64,000 nucleotides of DNA from Octopus vulgaris (lineage: Eukaryota). The notes beneath the pieces are model-generated. The model worked only from the letters and a program-made list of their open reading frames with translations. It had not been told where the DNA came from and searched no databases. This document shows positions 1 to 10,205 of this stretch, one piece after another. Within the stretch, counting starts at the first letter, position 1. Every line of letters begins with the position of its first letter. The position numbers and the translations under genes were made by a program. Location of the stretch: the NCBI GenBank assembly GCA_951406725.2, contig OX597818.1, positions 69,688,001 through 69,752,000 on the forward strand. The letters run 5' to 3'.

Positions 1-1337
1 TGTCAATTCTCCATCCCCCTTCCCACTCCACCCCATCATTGCCTGATAGCGGAATAATATTTTATGGGATATGGACTTGTCTTTTCTGTTGTTCATTCAT
101 AGGCTTGAAGACGAGGTGAATTTTTCACTAATTCTGGCAGCTGTGACTGGTGTCAGTCTGGAAACAGCAGATTCTAAATCCGGCTGCTTTTATCTGTTTG
201 TCTATTGCTTTCTCTCTTCTTCTGCTTTCCCTGTTTCTCAGGGCAGAAAACCCTCAAATGACTCTTATTACGTCACATGTAACACCATGACTTTCTATTC
301 TGCTCCACCAGTTTCAATGATTTTGTTGTTAGTGTTGTTTCTACCTCACAATAGAAAAGAAGACAAGTAACCAAGTGGGTCCTGTATTGGACTCATGATT
401 GTTAGGTAAGGGTTTTGTTTCATGGGTCAGACAGCACAAGTCCATAAGCATGACATTTCCTTTCACATTGTTCCAGTTTGCTCAACCTAAAATGCACACC
501 AGAGGTAACTGTAAGTTTAAATCGTGATAGACTGGCATCACATTCAGGATGGAGTCCTGTATCTCTCAGTTGTTTCCATGAATGTTTTGAGAAACCAGGA
601 TAAGCTTGGACTTGAATGAACCTGTGGACATTTGAGGCAGTATTTAACTTTGACAAGGAACACTTCTGGAATGTCTCTATGCTCTTGGAGGGATATTAAG
701 ATCCAGATATCCATTGACATTCTACCTAAACTACTTCACTTCAGAATAATTACATTAAAATATTTGCAGGTATTTTTAATCATTCTAAAGGTGTAGCCAT
801 GTGGTTTAGAAATTCTGAATGTAATCCCAAGATTCAAGGTTCCATATTTCTATATGGCACTCTGAGCAAGTGTTTTCTATAATGGCCTTAGTTTGACCAA
901 AACCCTTCTGGCATAATTTGGTATGTGGATACAGAAAGCTTTCAGGTGTATGTGTGTTTGTATGCATATAATTCATGGGTATATATCGGGGCAGGATGAG
1001 AAAACTGATGAAAGAACCCAAAAACCAGTATTTTTAAAATGAAATTCCTTGAAATATTTGTTCTGCACCATGTGATAGACACTCCACTTGTTCTTATTGC
1101 ATTGGGAAGTGCAAACTTATGAGTATAGCATGAAAAATCTACAACCAATGAAGCTTTTGTTCACTAAATTCCATCCAAAACCAATAAAAGACAAATGATG
1201 TGATTCCAATATACAATCAGTTAAACGTTAAACACTTCAAATAAAATATTCTTAAACAAAGTGTTTGGATGCGCTTCCAAAACAATTTATCTTTAAGCTG
1301 GATGCTTTCGTTATTCATTCAGTCTATTGATAGTCAT

Positions 1338-1415
1338 ATTATTATTCATATTATTACTATTATTATTATTGTTATTATTATTATTCATATTCATATTACT
1401 ATTATTATTATTATT

Positions 1416-1456
<41 letters not shown>
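1338..1456. repeat. (ATT)n-(GTT)n compound microsatellite
   Basis: Directly visible trinucleotide runs; explains the poly-I/V/L ORFs. Confidence 0.95.
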
Positions 1457-1457
<1 letters not shown>

Positions 1458-2001
1458 CTCTCCATTAGGTAATAAGAAATGTTTATTGCCATGCCTTTTG
1501 ACAGATGGCTAATAGTGTAGGAGTTGAAACGAAATATATATCTTTTCTAACGAAAACATCTGTAATTAACGGGAAGGAAAAACAGTGTCTCTTTTCAATA
1601 ATTAAGTTTGTCGAGCGATATTGCCAGTGTCTCATGTCAGTTTAATGTCAGTATCAAATACTGATATGACCTCCATGATATCTAATAAATATCATTTGTT
1701 CAAAAAGTATATATTTCAAATGAAAATATGCTCTGTGATGTGAAAAGCAGATTCTATTTAATTAGCAACACATGTAAGCTTCTTTTATTGTTTCTCTGTG
1801 GTTTATGATTAGCAATGAAGAGGAAGTCGGTGAACAGTTTCTTATCAGAGATGGAAATAGATTCACAGTTAACAAGAAACCAATCTGGATAATGAAGAAG
1901 CTGGACTTTAAAAGTGTGAAGATATAAAACTATGGCTTTCTCTCGGTTGCAATCAGCTATAATTGTTGTTTCTATTTTAGTCACCTGGTCAAGAGTTCTG
2001 A

Positions 2002-2140
2002 GAGGAGGGAGTTAGTTGATAATATTGAACCCAGTATTTAACAGGTATCTTATTGATCCAGGAGAGGTAAAAGCCTAAGAGACAAGGTTGACCTTTGATA
2101 GGATTTGAACTCAGAACAATCGAGAGTTAAAAGAAATATT
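2002..2140 (-). mobile_element. Degenerate tRNA-derived SINE (family A), host of two later copies
   Basis: Contains aaggttgacc...ggatttgaactcagaac, the reverse complement of the B-box region, shared with other family A copies. Confidence 0.65.
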
Positions 2141-2353
2141 CTTTTCTGCTCTAGGCACAAGGCCAGAAATTTTGGGGTAGGGGCCAGTCGATTAGATCGA
2201 CCCCAGTATGCAACTGGCACTTAATTTATCAATCCCAAAAGGATGAAAGACAAAGTCGACCTTGGTGGAATTTGAACTCAGAACGTAAAGACAGATGAAA
2301 TACCGCAAAGCATTTCACCCAGCGTGCCGATGTTTCTACCAGCTCACCACCTT
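2141..2353 (-). mobile_element. tRNA-derived SINE family A (Meta/Sauria-like central domain, tentative)
   Basis: Minus strand reads ...ctgagttcaaattccaccaaggtcgactttgtctttcatccttttgggattgataaattaagtgccagttg...; B box present; flanked by 16-bp near-identical repeats. Confidence 0.85.
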
Positions 2354-2369
2354 AGTAAAAAGAAATATT

Positions 2370-2565
2370 CTTTTCTGCTCTAGACATAAGGCCTGAAATT
2401 TTGAGGGAGTGGGGGCCATCAATTAGATCAACCCTAGTATGCAACTGGTACTTAATTTATCAACTCTGAAAAGATGAAAGACAAAGTCGACCTCGGTGGA
2501 ATTTGAACTCAGAATGCAAAGACATCTTGCCCAGTATGCTAACATTTCTGCCAGCTTACTGCCTT
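2370..2565 (-). mobile_element. tRNA-derived SINE family A, tandem second copy
   Basis: Colinear with 2141-2353, with substitutions and a short deletion. Confidence 0.85.
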
Positions 2566-2694
2566 AGTCAAAAGAAATATTGGCCATATAATTTTTTTTT
2601 CCTTTTTCTTTATCAAACTGTTCAGCCAATTGACTCCCATAACTTTGGTCAGTAATAGTATTTCTTATAGATTTAGTGTCAATATACTTTTGTC

Positions 2695-3120
2695 ATACAT
2701 ACACACATGCATATATACACACACATACACACAAACATAAATACATACATGCATACTAACACTCATACATACACACATATATACAAACATATACGTGCAC
2801 ACATACATACACTCATGCATACATTCATACATATATAGCCACATACATACATACACACATACATGCACACATAATACATAAACACATATATGCACACATA
2901 CACACATACATACAGATATACAAACACAAAGTCAAGTATGTATATACGTAAACAGACATACATACCTACCTTCCTACCTACATACATACATACATACATT
3001 CACACACATACCTTCCTATCTACATACATACATGCATACATACATACATACATACATACATACATACATACATACATACATACATACATACATACATACA
3101 TACATACATACATACATACA

Positions 3121-3152
<32 letters not shown>

Positions 3153-3180
3153 CAGACATACATACATGCATGCATTCATA
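2695..3180. repeat. (TACA)n/(CA)n microsatellite
   Basis: Directly visible. Confidence 0.95.
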
Positions 3181-3439
3181 CAGTCTACTAAATATTGGTG
3201 AGGCAAAATACATGAATGGAGCTACGAAAGCAGCATTCATCAGAGAGGAGCAGGTGATTGCCTCCAGAGACATCAAAAACACGATCTACAATTCCTATTG
3301 TCTTCTCTATGATAAATGTCACTTGGAACACTGGGCAAAATGTTTGGCAGTGTTTGTTCAGATATTTTGTGTTTTGACTTTAATTCTCTCACCATGCTTA
3401 ACTTTAACTGTTTCTTCTTTGTGAGTTGGTAAAGAACCA

Positions 3440-3580
3440 TATTCAGTGGCAGACTGGTGGAATTGGTTGAGTTCAGGATTAGATGCTTTGCTAGATTTAT
3501 TCTGGAATCTTGCATTCTGAGTTCAAACACTTTCCATATCAGTATTGCCTTTTATCCTTCCAGGGTGAACAGATAAAGCC
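3440..3580 (+). mobile_element. Degenerate SINE family A
   Basis: ttctgagttcaaac...ttgccttttatccttccagggtga matches the family core. Confidence 0.6.
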
Positions 3581-4184
3581 CCACCCTAGCAAACTGGACT
3601 CTCAAACTCAATGCTTTCCAGCATTTGCTCTGACATTCAGCAACCTAAGTTCAAATCCTGCTGAGACCTACTGAGTGGTGAACTTAAGCCACTATTCAGT
3701 TTAAAACAGCTATTCAAATCCATGGATACATTTATCAAAGTCTTTTCTGTTAGAAGTCTTCAGGCCAGGTCTGGTTCAACCACAGATCCTTTCCTTCCAA
3801 CAGCCATTAAGACCATGTAAATGGTCATGTGCTTTGCTCTAAACAACTGGGATATGATAACAGCAACTTAAATATAAAACAATATGGTCTTTGATTGTTG
3901 GGGGTTTTATTTTACAAGGTACCATGCTAGCTATTCCAGGTAATGATACCGGTTACATTTATATTAATTAAAGGATTATATCTCTGGAACATTATCAAAA
4001 GTATTAATCAGTGTTAATCATTACTCACTGGATAAATCAAAACCAAATAAGGATAGCTAGACCCATCAAACTTACTTTGATGTTAGTAAGACATTTCAGT
4101 TAGTTTATAGTGGTCTCCGTTTCTCCCTAACAACTGTCAGTCAGGACCTGAACCCTGATAAACTTGAGCAGAGCTTTTGTCCAC

Positions 4185-4364
4185 ATAGTAGACATAACTA
4201 ATAGAGTAATAACTAATATAGTAGACATAACTAATAGAGTAATAACTAATATAGTAGACATAACTAATAGAGTAATAACTAATATAGTAGACATAACTAA
4301 GAGAGTAATAACTAATATAGTAGACATAACTAAGAGAGTAATAACTAATATAGTAGGCATAACT
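4185..4364. repeat. 33-bp minisatellite, about 5.5 copies
   Basis: Unit atagtagacataactaatagagtaataactaat repeats head-to-tail with no spacers; ORF track shows an 11-aa periodicity. Confidence 0.95.
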
Positions 4365-4848
4365 CATGGTTCTATGACTTTTGATGGTGTTTATAAAACT
4401 AGAATCTTTTGTGAAACCAACCAATGAAATATATGCAAAAACAAGCATTATTTCCTGGGACGATTTGAAACTAACAGCAGGAAATGATGGATTTTATGTT
4501 GATAAAATGTGTGTGTGTGTGTGATGCACGTGCATTAAAGATGATTGTATAAAATATAAGATTTTCTCTTTTTTCACAATTTTGTGCTCAACATATCGTT
4601 TTTGAAATTGCAAAAAAAATATAGAAAATAGTTATCTATCATCAATTACAAACATTTTTGTTAATATGTAGTTTTACTGAACGATGGGGTGGCCATGGAA
4701 CCTGGTAAGCCTTTTCAAAATCTCACTTTAAATTGAAAAACCTATTTCAACAAAATCTTACTGAATGTAAAAAACAAAGAGATTCCACATTCAGAAATTT
4801 CAAAAGTTCCTGTCAAGCCTCCCAACCCATGACAGCATAGAAAATGGA

Positions 4849-5044
4849 TATTATTTACATTATTTACATTTGACAGATATTTGTCCTCATCTTGTTTGTT
4901 GTTAACGCAATGTTTCAGCTGATGTACTCTCCAGCCTTCATCAGGTGAATGGGTTCTCATTCCTAAGGTATATTTCCGATGTTATCATTATTAATATTAT
5001 TATCATTATTGTTATTATTATCATTGTCATTATCATTATTATTA

Positions 5045-5102
<58 letters not shown>

Positions 5103-5143
5103 TATTATTATTATTATTATCATTATTATCATTATTATTATTA

Positions 5144-5195
<52 letters not shown>

Positions 5196-5311
5196 TATTA
5201 TTATTATTATCATTATTATCATTATTATCATTATCATTATCATTATTATTATCATTATTATTATTATTATTATTATCATTATTATTATTATTACTATTAT
5301 TATTATTATTA

Positions 5312-5381
<70 letters not shown>

Positions 5382-5421
5382 CATCATTATTCAGGTTACA
5401 GCCTGGAATCAAACTCGGATT
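4849..5421 (-). mobile_element. tRNA-head/(AAT)n/hammerhead SINE-like element, copy 1 (5'-truncated, expanded AAT tract)
   Basis: Matches 8703-8930 and the reverse complement of 23261-23504; about 400 bp of (ATT)n at 4983-5390. Confidence 0.85.
4904..4947 (-). ncRNA. Degenerate minimal hammerhead ribozyme
   Basis: Minus strand reads cac-CTGATGA-a-ggctg-gagagtacat-cagct-GAAAC-att-gcgtt; CpG-type substitutions and partial loss of stem I. Confidence 0.55.
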
Positions 5422-5669
5422 TCCTGTTCACCATGTGGTATTTTCCAAGTAATTGTTGTTGCTAAAACGCCAACATCAGACTGTTATACCACGTGACCTT
5501 TTTCGACCAATCACAGGCTAACGTCCATCTCTTCAGTCAAAGTCTCATTCAGACCCCAATGGCTAAAGACTAGCGATATGCTTGAAACTCAGAGTACCAA
5601 GGAGTTTAAATCAAACTGATTTAATCTATACATGTAACTCCCAATAAATGTGTTGAGTTTGTCTGCTCA

Positions 5670-5758
5670 TACATATATATATATATATTGAGAGAGAGAG
5701 AGAGAGAAAGAGAGAGAGACAGAAAGAGAGAAATAGAAAGAGAGAGGTAGATAGATAA

Positions 5759-5813
<55 letters not shown>

Positions 5814-5821
5814 GATAGATC
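5670..5821. repeat. (TA)n-(GA)n-(GATA)n microsatellite
   Basis: Directly visible. Confidence 0.95.
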
Positions 5822-5929
5822 AATGCTAAATATTGCAAAATAAAATGTTAAGTTTTATCAATCGATAAAGTTAATGTTTGAAGTTAATTTCCACATTTGC
5901 TCCAAATTTGAAATTCTAGAATTTCTTCA

Positions 5930-6845
5930 ACACAAAAACTGAGAATTTTTGTCGAAAGAAGTAAGTTTATTTTCACTTCTTCATATTTGGATCTGTTTTT
6001 ATTTGTGCTCAGAGTACAATTCTAATCTTTCGATTCCTTTAAAGCTGTCAAGCATAATAACGATCTGACCTTACACAAAAATAAAGAAATTTCTGGTTTG
6101 GGTGCAAGGCCAAGGGAGGGATTTAGTCAATCCAACCAATTCCAGTTCGTGACTGGTACTTTGTGTTATTGACCCAGAAGCGATGAAAGGTGAAGTTGAT
6201 CTTTGTAGGATTTGAACTCAGGATGTAAATAGTCATGGTTAAATATCAGTAAGCATTTTGTCTGATGTTCCAAACAACCCGGCCAACCCATAGCCCTTAA
6301 AATAACTAAATCTAATGCCTGCTTGCTATTTTAATAATCTGTCGTCTGTTAACTCTGTATGTTATTTAATTTCAAATGGAGAATTAATTCCCAGTTTAGA
6401 ACTCCTTTAGGTTTTTGAAGAACTCTCAAAATACTAAATAGCTTCAATGGGTGTGTGGTCTTTTGCCTACTTTCCCAAATCAAACCCTTTCTTATCTTTG
6501 AAAACTATGCTATCAGCAGTATAGATTTCCCTCTGCATGAGACCATTTTGATACCATTTTAAATTATCCTAATCAAGCAGTTGTGGAGTGGGAATGTCGG
6601 TGAGAATTTGTCTTTTACTGTTGGAGCAGATGTTACTAGTGCCAACTGTTATTGTACCATGGTTATCACAAGATGGTAGACTTTCTCAAGGTTTCTAAAT
6701 AATCTCTTACTACACTGTCGAAAAAGTTATAGAAACTGTGAGAGAATGGAAACATTTAATTTGGTGACAGATCAAAGGTCCATTTTGACAATAAAAGCCA
6801 TGATAAAATGATAAAATCTTACACTAAAGAATCGAAATTCTCTCC

Positions 6846-6901
<56 letters not shown>

Positions 6902-7620
6902 AGCTCTGTAACCTATAAACATGGCTTGGAGAATCTTTCAGATTATCATACGTCTCCTGCTTGTGCTGGTACTTCGACAACTATAAATTTAGAATTACTG
7001 CATCATTTCTTAACTCATCCTTGTATAAGAAGTTATAAAAGTGTGTAACGAAACATTTTCTGTCGAAGAAGTATAACGAGTCTGCACCAGTTGTCATGGA
7101 TGTAATAAAACTTAACATAACTTGTATTGTCTAAAGATATTTCTCTAATAAAAACTATCCAGCCATTTGAACGCTTGTCAAAAGATTTTTAAAGGAGCTC
7201 TTCCACATCCTATTAATTCACATGTAAACATACATACCATAATCGATAAATGTTCTCGTTTTCTAAGTGTCCATACATGTACTTCTATTGTTGGAGACTT
7301 ATTGAGAAATGCCATCATCCATTCATTCAAATAGAGTATCTTCTTTCTTACCTGTCAATTTAAAGCAATTCGTAAATAGCCAAAGGATTTCTTCCAACTG
7401 TACGACCTCTGATAAACTCTGAGGAAATCTGCTGAGTGGAAAATATAAAGAAATTATTTGATTAACCCTTGAAAGTGAGAACGAAAACAGAAATAAACAC
7501 TTTTCAATGGAAGACCGTGCTATTCGGTGCTCTACAATCATTGCTGAGAATAATCTCCAACAGCAGACATCATGAAATGCTCTTCTGCTTTTCTACAAAA
7601 ACTTATTCAACTCACCAGTT
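5930..7620 (+). mobile_element. Decayed Ty3/Gypsy LTR retrotransposon pol (RT-RNaseH-integrase), interrupted by a SINE and (CT)n
   Basis: Hand translation across frameshifts gives, in Gypsy order: YLD (5984), YLISNGELIP, GLFAYFSQ, LSQDGR, TVEKVIETVREWKH, FNLVTDQRS, NDKILH*RIE, LHHFLTHP...CTSCHGC (HHCC), LIKTIQPFERLSKDF, IIDKCSRF, MPSSIHSNR, QWKTVLFGALQS. Confidence 0.85.
6088..6298 (-). mobile_element. SINE family A inserted in the Gypsy RT
   Basis: gatgaaaggtgaagttgatctttgtaggatttgaactcagg family core. Confidence 0.75.
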
Positions 7621-7989
7621 GACTCACCAAACCTGGCATGGTTTGTCCACATCATCGCACACACAATTAAAAATTGGATTCACCTGTGGAACCCATAAAA
7701 CTCTGAGAGGCTGATTGTAAATAAAACTCAAAACCAGAGGAAGAAACTGTTTCTACAAGAGATCCGGTTCTCTGAAGATGAGAGGAACATAAAACGAATG
7801 CAGATTGTCATAATGTGTGATAAGTCCAAACTGAAATGGTAAATAGATCGAGCATAGTTCAAGAGAATCATGAAATAAAACAAAAGCCATGAAGCACGTA
7901 GTGGGACTGGAACCTAAAATCCTATGGTTATAAAAATTAATTTTTTACCACACGTTCAATACCCTTGACCACACGGTCATTCTTATTTT

Positions 7990-8700
7990 AAATTGCTTCA
8001 AGGATAATCTTTGCACTTTATTGCAAAGGATTCTTTCAGACTGTCTTACACTAGTTCTGCTAAAATAGACAAAAGACTAATGGTAGCTTGGCATCGTCAC
8101 AGAGTTTATTTAAAGCATCAATGATGAAGTAGTTGACAACTTTTTCAGTGGGAATTAACATCAAGACAGTAAGTTCTAACCTCACAGGAATACTTTATGT
8201 AATATTCCCCTTGGAAGGGGGATATTTTATTATATTTTTTACATCTTTTTTATCATTCTTTTAAAATCACTTTTTTAAAATCTTTTTCATCATTTTCCCC
8301 CCTTTCATTTCATCCTAAGCTTCTTACTTTTTATGCTCATTCATAAAAAAAAAAATAATCTGAAATATTCCATGGAATATCGATGAGTAGGTATGTACCC
8401 TATCTTTTCTTTATTGTTGACCAACAAGTGTATGCACCAATTGGTCACCGGCTTCGGAATCTTTTCTGTATTATCAAGCAATTTAGCAATGATGTCTATG
8501 GACAGGAGCAATATAAGATGATTGTCCGTCCAACCCATGCTAGCATGGAAAACTGACATTAAACGATGATGATGATGAATGCAACAAAACAGATTGGTAA
8601 GTGTGCAAATCATCTTGAACTTCAGTGAAAGAGAATAATACAGGAACTGGACAACCCCACTTTCTATAAATATTTTGACAAAAATAAAATTAAAAATGAA
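7990..8700 (-). mobile_element. Possible highly decayed Penelope-like RT fragment
   Basis: Weak motif echoes on the minus strand (IIAKLLDN..IPKPV, CLDVNS/IPTEKVV); by-eye resemblance only. Confidence 0.25.
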
Positions 8701-8702
8701 TG

Positions 8703-8862
8703 TGTACATTATTTACATTATTTACATTTGACGGATATTTGTCCTCATCTTGTTTGTTGTTAACACAACGTTTCGGCTGATATACCCTCCAGCCTTCATC
8801 AGGTGTCTTGGGGAAATTTCAAACCTGGGTTCTCATTCCTAAGGTATTTTTCGATGTTATCA

Positions 8863-8893
<31 letters not shown>

Positions 8894-8930
8894 AGAAGTC
8901 ACTGCCTGGAATTGAACTCGGAATCTTGGG
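8703..8930 (-). mobile_element. tRNA-head/(AAT)n/hammerhead element, copy 2 (5'-truncated, inverted arm)
   Basis: Reverse complement of about 8965-9210; retains B box, AAT tract, hammerhead and AATGTAAAT tail. Confidence 0.9.
8762..8807 (-). ncRNA. Minimal type I hammerhead ribozyme (intact core, Penelope dimer type)
   Basis: Minus strand reads GACAC-CUGAUGA-A-GGCUG-gagggtatat-CAGCC-GAAA-CG-UU-GUGUU: stem I GACAC/GUGUU, stem II GGCUG/CAGCC, palindromic AACGUU in place of stem III, predicted cleavage after GUU. Confidence 0.8.
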
Positions 8931-9005
8931 CATATGGCATAGTGGTTAAGAGCGCAGGCTACTAACTCCAAGATTCCGAGTTCGATTCCAGGCAATGACC
9001 TGTAT

Positions 9006-9052
<47 letters not shown>

Positions 9053-9245
9053 TAGCATTGAAAAATACTTTAGGAATGAGAACCCAGGTTAGAAATTTCT
9101 CCTAGACACCTGATGAAGGCTGGAGGGTATATCAGCCGGAACGTTGTATTAACAACAAACAAAATGAGGACAAATATTCATCAAATGTAAATAATGTAAA
9201 TAATGTAAATGATGGACATAATTCCTCATCTCTTAATTATAGAAC
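8928..9245 (+). mobile_element. tRNA-head/(AAT)n/hammerhead element, copy 3 (full-length)
   Basis: A box tggcatagtgg, B box gagttcgattcc, (AAT)n, hammerhead motif, (aatgtaaat)n tail. Confidence 0.9.
9105..9150 (+). ncRNA. Hammerhead ribozyme with core mutation (GAAA to GGAA)
   Basis: gacac-CTGATGA-a-ggctg...cagcc-GGAAC-gtt-gtatt; probably inactive. Confidence 0.6.
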
Positions 9246-9329
9246 AATATGGAAATTGTTCAGATCGGAATATAAAAAATGAGTATTTGCCCAGAATTAT
9301 CGAAATATTTAAAACACACCTCAGTAACA

Positions 9330-9477
9330 AATTATTTACTTCATTATCCTATTTACTGTGAAGGGATGAAAAGCAAAGTCGACCTTGGTGGAATTTGAAC
9401 TCAGAATGTAGCGATGGGTGAAATACCACTGAACATTTAGACCGGTGGGCTAACAATCCTGGCAGCTCACTGCCTTA
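9330..9477 (-). mobile_element. SINE family A (head and core)
   Basis: ggatgaaaagcaaagtcgaccttggtggaatttgaactcagaatg...gctcactgcctt. Confidence 0.8.
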
Positions 9478-9570
9478 AAACTCTAATAATAATGCATCAT
9501 AAAATGCCCAAGTCTATTAGCTTAGAAGAGAAAGTGGTAGGAAACTATTGAGTGTTAGGGAGTAGTTGAA

Positions 9571-9790
9571 CACTTTGGCATTTCAACTGGCCTTTTCCAG
9601 CCTAAATATTCAATTTGCTTTATGTTCCAATGGGCCAGATCTGGCCTCTCACACTTACCCTTCAATGTTATTCTAAAAATAAATGATAATATCGTTGTAA
9701 TCTTGGAGATTCAGGATAATGAATGATTAATTCAGAATGACGTGAATGAATAAGCATTTACGTTGGACAGAATAATCTGCATCGAATGGG
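9571..9790. mobile_element. Degenerate piggyBac-type MITE
   Basis: tgaa|cactttggca ... atcgaatggg|ttaa resembles decayed CCCTTT..AAAGGG termini with TTAA-like flanks. Confidence 0.45.
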
Positions 9791-10082
9791 TTAAGTGAGT
9801 ATTTGCGAATGTTGATGTTGTTAATGAAGGTTCCTCTCACGCTCTTTGCAGATAACAGCATGGCCTAGTGTGTTGTTCCTGTGTTTGATATAATTGCCCA
9901 AAAGAGCAAGCCAATTATCACCATAGCAACAGAACTTCCACCTTGTACTGACAATGATGCTTCTATGGGGTTACTAGATCTGCTTGAAATAGCAGTGAAA
10001 TCAACATCAATTCTCGCTATTTTTTCTAGGATAAAAAGGAGTGTAGTCCAAGATGCACAATGCCAAAAAGAGAAAAAAAAAC

Positions 10083-10205
10083 AGTGGTAGTGAATTGACA
10101 AAGTCATCAGAGTGCCAGATAGAATGCCTTACAGCATTCTTTGCTCTGAGTTCAAATCCCACCAAGGTCAACTTTGCTTTCATTCTTTTACAACAGATGA
10201 AAATT
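10083..10205 (+). mobile_element. SINE family A fragment followed by (GGT)n(GAT)n at about 10232-10311
   Basis: ctctgagttcaaatcccaccaaggtcaactttgctttcattc. Confidence 0.7.

Noticed and set aside
1-700. ORFs 71-370 (+) and 420-656 (-) as genes or transposon relics
   Set aside because: No recognisable motifs; I could not assign them.
1005-1030. CTGATGA as another hammerhead core
   Set aside because: No stem II and no downstream GAAA at a suitable spacing.
4185-4364. CRISPR-like 33-bp repeats
   Set aside because: Units are contiguous with no unique spacers, there are no cas genes, and the context is eukaryotic.
4941-5496. Long poly-Ile/Leu/Asn ORFs, and similar ORFs at 1.3, 2.7-3.4, 16, 25-27, 32-33, 59 and 61 kb
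   Set aside because: Translations of microsatellites.
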